Assembly: GCF_964204645.1 (NCBI RefSeq)
Contig: NC_134028.1
Location: 22,874,345-22,938,344, forward strand
From: Tubulanus polymorphus
Taxonomy: Eukaryota > Animalia > Nemertea
DNA: 64,000 bases
Direction of reading: 5' to 3'
The notes under the pieces were generated by a model. That model did not search any database. It saw only the letters and a program-made list of their open reading frames with translations, and was not told the origin of the DNA. Positions within the stretch are counted from its first letter, which is position 1. Every line of letters starts with the position of its first letter. The position numbers and the translations under genes are program-made. Positions 13,153-23,888 of the stretch are shown here, one piece after another.

Positions 13153-15189
13153 GAGGTTAGATTTAGTGTAGGGTGTTGGGTCTGTAGGGGAAGGGGTTTC
13201 AGGATATTTCAGAAAATGTGTCCCATCTTTTTATTATTCTAAGTAAGAATTAATCATTATGAAACACGTCATGTGGCCACACGTGACGGGAACATTTCAT
13301 GTTTCAAGCTGTATATACCACCGGCCATTTGGACGAGTTCAATTTTGCTGGTTGTTATTGCTATGAGACCCGGTGAGTGCAAACATAATTTCACTGTCAC
13401 TTCCAGGATTTTGAATTTGGACGTTTCAATTTTTAGGGCCATTATTTAAGGTGTCGAATGATCACAAACTGCTCCTTGGCTCCGATCAAAATACGGCTTA
13501 ATGAACATTTCAATTACCTATAAAATATCATATGTATAATTACTGTTGATATTTGGCGGTTTACTGCTTCTTTTTGAATACATTTCTAGCAGAAAGATGT
13601 ATTCTATTTTCGTCTGTGCTATTTTAGAAACCGTTGTAAATACTGGTTCTTAGTAAAACAACTGTAGGTCTATAGGACGACTTGTCGAGTCGAGATGCAG
13701 TCACATTCATTGCTGCTTCCTATTTTTCTGCAGATTCTTAGACAAAGACTTACTCTTCATTTTTTGAAGAAGAGTATGGTACTCATTAGAAAAGTGATAT
13801 GTTTTGTGATCACTTTTATGGATTTTCAGATACACTTTCATTTGCCTTCAGCAGTACGTGGCACAGTATATCACCACTGATAGATAGATATCCTTAATAA
13901 TTAGTTACCCTTTTCAAAAAGATAGGATGCATTTTCTGAAACTTTACAATTTATTAGGTGGGACATAGATTGACACGAAGAGACTATTGTTCTATTATTA
14001 TATTCAGGATATTCTATTGATGACAGTATATTTCTACCTTCGTGACTTCTTTTCTAGACAGAATTTAAGGGGCTGCGAACTAATTATACTTATATCACGA
14101 AATATTTTACTGAACTTGAAAGTCGTAAAAAGTTTAAAACAGATGATATTCAACCAGATATAGCTGTAGTTTTCACAGTTAGGCTACCGCGACCTTCCTA
14201 CTACATTGAGACTTTGATAAAGCGTATTATGCATTGTAGTAGTTACATATCTAAGATTATTTAACTGTGTTTGAAGGACAAATCTTAGCGATTTTCTTGT
14301 AGGAAACGCGTTCACTTGATTTCATGAACAACATTTCAAATTAACGGGATACCAGCTCACATCAGATGGCGCAACAATACACTCAGTTATACGTAGTGAA
14401 AGTTAGTTCATTTTCAATGAACTTTGAACTGGATTTTTCTGCTCCCAAATGGAAATTTTGTCAAACAAGTCATCACATATATGAGACTTGTGTTCCCAAT
14501 GGTATAATTTTACTGAAAAAAGATTTGCCGATGAGAAAAGTTGATTAGAATTTAATTGAAATGTAAATGAAGCGCGGTATCCAAGTAATATAACCACTAT
14601 TGAACGTGATGGATCCTCACCTGCCATAAGTGGAATCCTCGATTGCCACAGTAGCGCTGCTGGTACACCATTGTGTATGTTGTAATCAATTGTAAATACT
14701 TCGTTTTCCTCCATATACTAATGCACAAAACCCGTTATCGCTGCTTTGTCGCGATATTTATCATTCCTGTCTACTAGAATAGAAATGCTGAATACAGACT
14801 ATTGTCACAACAAGAGGGGATATCTCTAGTGTATTTTGCCATTTTTCACGATCATATCAGTTTATGTAAGTCATAAACATCCTCCGCTGTTATTTAAGAT
14901 TTTTTCTGTGCTCGATCAATTTGTCAGTTTATAATAGCTTTTAGACTTCGATCAATGACTGTATTGTTTTACATGTAGACTCGAATTAGTGAATTATCCC
15001 ATTCAGTGCGTACTTATTCTTGACTTTATACAAGTGATTGATGATTAGTCCAATTCCCCTATTCAAAATATGCAACACTCATTCTCATGTTACGTTTGCT
15101 CTGGTACAGCAGTGACAATTTCATGGCTATAAAAACTGCTCCGCGTATGAAAATTCATCTCTAGTGCCACCTTTAGTTACTGAACTATG

Positions 15190-15620
15190 GTCATGAACCA
15201 AACTTTGACTCTTTGTTCCCAAAACACCACCATGGACCAAACTTTGACTCTTTGGTCCCTAAAACAAGGTCATGAACCAAACTTTGACTCTCTGATCACG
15301 AAAACAGGACTATGGGCCTCACTTTGACTCTTTGGTCCCTAAAACAAGGTCATGAACCAAACTTTGACTCTCTGATCACGAAAACAGGACTATGGGCCTC
15401 ACTTTGACTCTTTGGTCCCTAAAACAAGGTCATGAACCAAACTTTGACTCTCTGATCACGAAAACAGGACTATGGGCCACATTTTGACTCTTTGGTCACC
15501 GAAACAAAACCATGGACCAAACTATGACTCTTCGGTCATCAATAGAGAACCATAGACCACACTTTGACTTTTTGGTCATCAAAAAAGGGTCCCAAACTTT
15601 TAACTCTAGTCTTTGGTCAC
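15190..15620. repeat. 40-bp minisatellite with an 80-bp dimeric higher-order repeat
   Basis: actttgactc or a 1-nt variant recurs every 40 bp from 15201 to 15561; units alternate between two variants in the middle of the array. Confidence 0.9.
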
Positions 15621-15948
15621 CAAATGAATGAAAAGTTGTACAAGTTATTTCTGTTGCCTTCACGGCTCTGCATTTGAGAATGAAATGATTTATGTGGAAC
15701 TAATAACGTAGTTAGTGAAAGATTCATCTGTATCAGTGTTGCTGCTGGTGTTGGTGCAAGTTACACAACTTTTTGCTGTCTGTCTCTAAAAGATTAAACT
15801 TGATCCGAGTCGGAACTGATGAGAGTTCTAGTCAGACGACAAATAAGGAGAAGAAAGCCATATGAAAAGAAAAAATATAAAGCGAACGCGTGAGCTTCGA
15901 ACCACAAAATAAAACAGCATCAAATGCTGATATGAAGAGTGGGGTCCG

Positions 15949-16122
15949 AGAGCAATTCGAAGGTTTAGTGTCCTGCACGCTTAGAGGGCGGGCAGGGGTC
16001 TATTCCTACCTCGACTCAAAAAAAAGGATAGAATATAAAGAGTGGGGCCTGAGAGCAATTCGAAGGTTTAGTGTCCTGCACGCTTAGAGGGCTGGCAGGG
16101 GTCTATACCTACCTCGACTCAA
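15949..16122. repeat. ~73-bp direct repeat pair
   Basis: gagagcaattcgaaggtttagtgtcctgcacgcttagaggg...cctacctcgactcaaa occurs twice, ~102 bp apart. Confidence 0.85.
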
Positions 16123-16829
16123 ACGCTTAAAGTCAGAGAAAAGCGTAAAAACGAAAATGGCTAATGAAGGAAAATGGCTTGAGTTTGATTGGTTCCACTG
16201 GGTTCAAGTGCAAACTGGAAGAGACAATCAAACAAATTATTTATTATGTGTATTTTTTGTAAACATCAGCAGTTCATAATCAATAATTGATAAATCTTAT
16301 GAATAAGATTCCATAAAACAACCTGCTTATATAAAACCTCTATAGGAGAGAGTATAGAAATATATAATCTAACTATCAACTGTCATTGCTTCACATCGGT
16401 TTCATAATAAGAGTGACGATGTTGAATTCGTGAAGCAACATAAATAGCATTAATTGGTTTGATCTCAGCCATCATTCTGGTCCTTGGTTTGTGTTTGCCC
16501 TTCTCACAACGTTTTGTGAGTGGAGGTTTGGTTCGGGCTTATTTCCTTGGTTCGGGTGAACCCTCCGTATACCTCCCCCTCCCTTACTACATTATTAATT
16601 AGGTTCCTCGGTCATTTGATGAAGTGAAATCTGTTTATACTAGGCATATGATCATTTGAATGCCTCCAAAATTGTGGAAAAGTATCTGCGAGTCCCGTCA
16701 ATGATGCAATTGATTAAGGATTTCGATTTATATATGAAATTGATATGATCGTGAAAAATGGCAAATTGTTTTGTAGTTATTGTACAGATGAGTGGTGTCT
16801 GAGGAGGAGACAAGAGAGTTGAGGAAGCA

Positions 16830-17265
16830 TGATGGGAGGGCATTGAGGGAGGGTTAGGTAGGAGGGCATTGAGGGAGGGTTAGGTGGGAGGGCATTGAGG
16901 GAGGGTTAGGTGGGAGGGCATTGAGGGAGGGTTAGGTGGGAGGGCATTGAGGGAGGGCTAGGTGGGAGGGCATTGAGGGAGGGAATGGGTTGGGGGGTGG
17001 GAGGGAAGGGGCGAGGGAGGGCGGGAGGGAAGGGGTCCGGGAGGGCGGGAGGGAAGGGGCAAGGGAGGGCGGGAGGGAAGGGGCTAGGGAGGGAAGGGGC
17101 GAGGGAGGGCGGGAGGGAAGGGGCGAGGGAGGGCGGGAGGGAAGGGGCGAGGGAGGGCGGGAGGGAAAGGGCGAGGGAGGGCGGGAGGGAAAGGGCGAGG
17201 AAGGGCGGGAGGGAAGGGGTCCGGGAGGGCGGGAGGGATGGGTTCCGGGAGGGTCGGGATGGGGG
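16830..17265 (+). repeat. G-rich tandem arrays (26-bp then 24-bp units)
   Basis: (gggagggcattgagggagggttaggt)n followed by (gggagggcgggagggaaggggcga)n. Confidence 0.9.
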
Positions 17266-20200
17266 TTAGGTGAGTTGAAATGTTCTGATGTTTTAGTTAA
17301 ACGGATGGGAATCTAATGAAGATGAGAGAACATAAGTCGATGTTCAATCACAGGATGAAGTAATGCAGTGTATCTGTACACAATGTTTGTTACATGTATC
17401 TGTAACTGTTAAATCAGTATGAAATAAGTACAGCAGTTTAATCTACAGAAATCCTGTACTGTTTCTGTCTCATTGATTTATAAGTAAAAAAGTATTAATG
17501 AATTTCTCACAGTCTCTGTTATTGTTTTACTCTCATTTACAGGATGAGAGTACACACTGCAGCAGCAGACCAGCAACGACAGCACCTCCAGCAGCCGCGG
17601 CGGCAGCACCACCAGGCTATCTGTTTATGTTTCCAGCATATAATCACTCAAAGATCACTGCTAAGTTTAAAGTGAGTTTGCAATTGTTAAAACTCATTTA
17701 TGTCCTCATCATCATTGGAGTTATCAAGGTTTTTATGTTATCCATTCAATTTTCAGTGAACAGAGCTAAGGAGGTTTTGGCACCCAACAATCAACCTCAA
17801 ATATCGCTGGTTTAAAAACATTGACGAAAATGGTAAGTCTTTGATTTGGTGTGGAACTGCTCTTATTTCATAACAATTTTACTGACAATTTCTAACATTT
17901 GTTTTAGGAGCTGAAATGAACCCTTGACAATCTGTGAACATTAAACATTGGGAATTCACTTGTTAAAGATGGATATCACTTTGGATTCTCAAAACAAAAG
18001 CTGTACCGGTAAATATCTCTACAGATTCTAGTCTCTGTTTGACTTAATTAAAAAAACCATTTCCTGATTACATATAGAAGCTACATTAATCAGTGAAGGC
18101 GAATTTTCATTCACTTCTATTCTGGTTAAAGTTCAAATCATCAAAATTATTCAACTTTTGTATTCTAGGGCCCAAAGTAACGCTGAACTTGTAGTAAACA
18201 TTGCGCTCCAAAAATCAAACAAGTCAGAAGTGGTGAGTTTTACCAGTATATCGATTTATTGCAGTAATTTGTGGTGATCTTTAGATCAAATACTAAATCA
18301 AGTCCAGAAAATGATGTGTTTTTGATTGGTCAATGTTGGCAGGTATCAACGCTTTACTAGAGGACGCAGTCTATAAAGTTACCATCAAACCTCTCACAAA
18401 TCTGCATATACTCGACACATTGTGATAAAGTACTCAGTAACCTGGTAGGTTTTTTGTCAATCAAACACAAACAAGTTGCAGTTTCTATTCATTTCATTGA
18501 TTATTTTCTGGCATAATTTTCTCCTTCCAGATTGCAATACACCCAACACCAATTGGAGCTTCTTATAGTGTAATGATTTATTGCAGCATGAAATTTGTCC
18601 GATAGAACAATTGGCAAATGATCAAAGATTGAATAATAGTGTTAAATTATCAAGAATTATAAGGTAATTATAAATTCTAGATTACAAAACATTTCATGAA
18701 AACAATTCCCACTTCACTGTAAATTCAATCGAACATTTTCATGCAATGTACTATTTGCAGACGCAAGTTTTCTCTCTTTTTCTAGGACAATGTGGGGACT
18801 GATATTCCATTTGACAAGGAAGGACAGGGACCAGCCATCTACCTGAAGATTGATATGCTGCCACTTATTTCTGAGATCTGCAATTGTAAAGTTTAAAGTC
18901 AAATATATTACCGGTATTAAATTGTGCTGGCCAGCATGGGCAGGCGACTGTTTGGGATAGTTTCATAGACTGCGTATCACAATCCATAAAAACAATGGAG
19001 TCATCCCCTGATTCGTCTCTCAAAGCTGTTCTCATTTTTGCTAATAGAATAATAGCCTGACTCGGGCGTAGAATATATATGATTATAACCCCGCTATATG
19101 CAAATTTAAAAGATTATAGGCGTAATTTATTTATCAAGAATCAGAATCAAGATAATAAAAGTAAATGAAGAAATAACTAGAACAACCTATGCATAAAATA
19201 ACAAAACCTCTCAACCTATGCACTTAACACCCTCTAGCTTTACTTTTCTCAATTAACTTGTTTTTTCCTCTCGATTTTTTTATGTTTTAGTTATTTCTTC
19301 AAACTTGACGAGAGACTCCTAAATGCTGTGTCTTTTAGTCCTTTTAAATTTGTGTAAAGTGGGTTTTGATTTTTACTGAAAATTAATCTAATTTTAGATT
19401 AAATATAGCTGCAAAGCAGTGCTAATGGGTTTTCTGCCTCGCCAATTGAGGGAATTAGAGAAAACCTTAATGATGGGCTTTCTGAGATGGATCAAGGGCA
19501 TGAGATAATTTACGCACTCCATGTAACTGCATTAGTTTGTAATTGTTAATTTGTAAATGTATGAACTTGTGTGATATTGTAAATGGACATTTTTTGTATG
19601 ACTGTAAAGACCCACAATCATTGAAACCAAAATATTGAAATATCGACAGGTTTACTTTATTATGGGACTACATGTATAATATTTCGTGCGAACTGACATT
19701 ACTGTGCTATTTGAAATAAAGATGAATTTTCTGTGTTGTTCTAGTTATGATTACTGACGCCAGCAGTTTCACACACTCAGTGCGTCACATCCCATCATTG
19801 TTCAGTTTCATGAAGTTTTATGAAATTAAGCCGAGGGTCCATTCGGCATGGAATTGTTGAATTGCGGTTGATACTACGTTTCGGTTGTGAAACGGATCAC
19901 GTAGACCCGGTTCATGAACATAGTTTAACTAAACGCTAAAATGGATTCATCCTTTCTTCGTTAAACTGAACTCTAACTATAACTGATTGAACCCTTTCGC
20001 AAGAAAAACTGAGATAATGTAGAAATTAATATACACCTTTTGTAAGACTAATGCAGAGGATTCATACCCTGGCATGCAAAGTTATCATTCTTACCCTGGC
20101 ATGCGATGATTCATTGATTCTCGCCCTCGTTAATACGATGCTAATATAGTCAACCCCTAAAGAACCGCCCTCTCATATACCACCAGGTTTTCATCGTTGC

Positions 20201-21122
20201 TATTTCAAATCAACGACAGTAATTCCAAACCCCAAATAAAGAACCTATAAACTTTAAAAAAAACGCTTTCAACTAGAAAAATATATAGTTTCGAACTCTT
20301 TCCTTAAAACACGCCAATTTTCCAAACTGCGTCTCGGTTCCCATCGGCTTAGAATCGAGACGGGGCGTCACAATCGTCCATTTTTACCAGCCAATGAAAG
20401 ATTTTGTCTACTGTACTGATAATAAAGTCGTTGAGGACGAATCCCACTTAGTGTGTGTCCTTCGCTTCATCCTGCCAGAGTTTCCATTTTGTCCCCACTT
20501 GTATGTTTCACAGAGTCTTTTTGTGTTTATGATAAATTCTTATTTTTGATGTCTTACAACAACGGAGACTATAAAATTGCCAGCCTTGTGTGTAACCTAG
20601 TTAACACTCTTCATGTGCCCTCCGTTCACCACTTTGATTCTGCAAATATTTTCTATTCCTATGTTATCCATTATAAATGTACGTCCACTTTTGTACTGTT
20701 TTTTCTGTGTTTTGATGTTATTGCATGTCATTTCCTATGTAACTTGTATATTATATGGAGCAATAAGATTAAAGTTCAATTTCACTTGCACCATTGTGGG
20801 AGGTATGGGTTGACTGTATACAAATACTTTCTCAAAAGGTGTTGCGTTACTTCTGAAAACAACTATTACACGTTATTTACGTTTTGAATTTAAATGTCTT
20901 CCTAAAATAATTGAGCAATTAACATTTTTTTTAATAGAATGCGGAATAAATAGACAAATGTTATTGGTCTTTCGTGCATTTAAACATTTTTCGAAAAAAG
21001 CTAGAATGTGCGGGGATCGAAACCGAGGCACCCTGCTCTTCCTCTATTTTGCATCAGGACCACTGAAATCAGAAGCAGTAGTTTCTAGGTTTGAACATTT
21101 GCCTAGTTTATCAATGATGCTA

Positions 21123-21359
21123 TGATCGCCATCTATTGGAATTTGACCGAACCGACTAGATAGCTCTTATTTGTCTCACTGACGTTTCTTCAATGTGCTG
21201 AAATCACACTCGCCGTCTGGTGGATATAGCCATCATTAAACTGTAGTAGCATAGAAATCCACCAGATGGCGAGTGTGATTTCAGCACATTGAAGAAACGT
21301 CAGTGAGACAAATAAGAGCTATCTAGTCGGTTCGGTCAAATTCCAATAGATGGCGATCA
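21123..21359. repeat. Near-perfect long palindrome/foldback (~103-bp arms, ~31-nt spacer)
   Basis: tgatcgccatctattgg...tctggtggat and its reverse complement atccaccaga...ccaatagatggcgatca, with one mismatch. Confidence 0.95.
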
Positions 21360-23888
21360 CGTTAGAAATCTTGATATCCCAGCCGTCGGGCACCACTCTA
21401 TATCTTCAGGAGAGGAAGCATGACAACTAAGGTTATTCATATTTTAGATTTTAATGTTGCTATTTTGCGTGCGTTATTTAAACATTTTTCGAAAAACAAG
21501 CCAGAATAGGGATCGAACCCGGGCACCCGTTATCCTCTATTCACCGTTAGGGCCACACTCTGAATCAGTGTCAGTACCGGGTTTGAACAAATTGGTCGTA
21601 GAGCGCATTTGGCTCGGATATTCATAGTCATCCATTAAAGAACTCTGGAATAATATGTCTAAATCGAAACTAAGGGAAGTGTAACATTACACTTCCCTAG
21701 TTTCACCAAGTTAAACTCGGTGAAACTAGGTAAGTGTAATGTTACACTTCCCTGGGGAAACGCACAGCCGATACGGGAAGAGTCCCATTGATTAGATTCA
21801 AATTTTAATAAATAAATCCCCAGACTTATTTTTACCACTGACTTATTTTGGATAAATTAGAAATGCGGGCACGAAGATGGAGAGTTATAGTCTATAATTT
21901 AGCGGATACTGATTTAAATTAGTTAAATGGAAGACAGGGCGTGGTACTGGGTAGCAAGGAAATCGATTTTCAAACGATCGTTTAGTTTCCGGTTGAGTTC
22001 GATTGTTCAGATGAAAATTTTTGGTGTATATGTACGGCGATATTTTGTGGCCGTTTCATGCCTCACAGTATCGTTTCGAAGATTAAATGCCGCAATTCGT
22101 TTCTGATTTCCTTTTCCGTCATGAGATACAGATAGATATTAAACGAATAATTCATTATTACAATATCGAGGAGTACTGCGAAGGTGTTTCTTAATTCTAA
22201 ATTTGTCCTGCTAAAAGGGCTCTCGAAGGGAACGTCGTAGCCATGAAGGTGACGCACAGTAACAAACCAACACGGTTACCTTGCTCGAGGAAATTCGATG
22301 CTCGGGTGGTGTCTGCTTTACCTTTTTTCCGCATAAAGCGATCGAAGTTATCGTGGGCTCGATCGCTGACAAAATGGACCCAGCGAGACAATAATAGTCG
22401 AAAGCAAAGGCTTAAAAACGTGGCACGTTTTCAATGGTACAGCCGCTGTCACTAACATCGACAGAACTTCAAAAAATAAAAATCTAAGCGCTATGAAGCA
22501 GACTTGCGGAGAAACAGAGTTTAGAGGCAATATTCGGGTTCCAGAAACAAGGACCTCTAAACGGAAAACAAAAAACACGGCATTCTTTCGGGCGCTACAC
22601 GCACTTAGCGTCTACAGACGGCTCATAAGCCAAAAACAAAATACTCAAAAAACATATACGAATTCGTGATGGCGGTTTGATCAGTAATCTTCGCGGCGCC
22701 TGCTGGCCGGCCGAGCCCGGCGGCGGCCAGAGAAGCTGGTCTCCGTCGCCGGCCGACTTCGGCCCTTACGGTGAGTATGCCATCTAATGACCTGACTTTT
22801 CATTTTCCTGAAGTAGTCCAGTCACTTGTCATTTGACTACAAAATAATTATCGTCTCATCATCGAATTGAGCTTGTTTGAAGAACTCGAGCACTCCATGA
22901 AATGACTGCCCTGATTCTGATATTCCCGGAGCCACCCCTTTATCGCGTGTTTACAAATACATCGTAAACGCTCAAATCTTGTTTTTGTCATTGATGAAAA
23001 GATTACATTTTTATCGAATTACATTGCAACGAAGTCGGTTATGAATTAATGAACAAAACAAACATTTAAAGGTGAAAAATTGTTAACGGACCGAATTTAC
23101 CGCTAGGTGGTGCTCCTATAAACATTTGGATCTCAGAGTTGTCAGATTTCCGAAAAGTTGGAACTGTTCATTATTTGACATTCCTTGTCATATTCAGCCC
23201 CTGTATGTATATTTCTACTCATAATTCTCATCTATCTAATCTCTGGTTCTATCTGTGTCGCATTTCGGAGACGTCTTCGACGCATTTTTGACAATGAAAA
23301 CATCTCCTGCCGGTGATTTTTTCTCCTAGGTGAAAAACGGCCATCATCTCTACTGTCAGTAAACTGTCAGGTTAGGCCTATAAATAAATATCATCAATTG
23401 TGGGTTTTGCTCATTAACTCTGAAATACTGAGAATATCTCAGTCAACCAGTCATGGAGTGTATTTATTAGCAGTTCGAGTGTTTTTTTGGAAAATGGTTT
23501 GATTTAACACTGTCTTATTGCACAAGTTAGTTTGCTATGTGCGTAGTTTATCCTATCATCGTCACAGCGTTTATATCTTTTAAGACAATTTATGAAAAAA
23601 AGATTATAGTCTAATCAAAAATTTATTTTCCACTATACCAACACTGTAGTTAAATCAATAAATTGGTGTTATGGTTGTGGGCGCCTTTCCGAAATTAGTT
23701 AGTCCAATTGAATGGGCTTATACCTAGTGGTTTGTGAAAATATCCGATAGTGAAACTAAACCACAGACAGTTTACTGACTATTCCGAGTAGTGCTAGTAT
23801 TGCAACCTCTACAGAAGCTGTGTGCACCTGCCTGCAGATGGTGATAACCGAATTATGTAGGCCTATTTATTTGCAGCGAGATTGAAGG

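Larger units (their letters stand above)
10810..18600 (+). ncRNA. Putative multi-exon long non-coding RNA (or fully decayed gene)
   Basis: Exon-like blocks with polypyrimidine-AG acceptors and GT(A/G)AG-type donors: ~10810-10919, 10998-11157, 17543-17671, 17757-17832, 17908-18008, 18169-18232, 18343-18444 and 18531 onward. The 17543/17757 join is closed by stops in all three frames. Confidence 0.4.

Noticed and set aside
14366-14714. Possible transposase remnant between the inverted arms
   Set aside because: No DDE, HUH or RT motif could be recognised; would need BLASTx to revisit.
15190-15620. CRISPR-like regular repeat
   Set aside because: The intervening sequences are themselves repeated variants, and the context is eukaryotic.
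16973-17316. GR/RGG-rich ORFs
   Set aside because: Translation of a G-rich tandem array with no splice or start context.
22063-22578. Cluster of short ORFs upstream of paralog A
   Set aside because: No recognisable domain or consistent frame; more likely promoter-proximal sequence.
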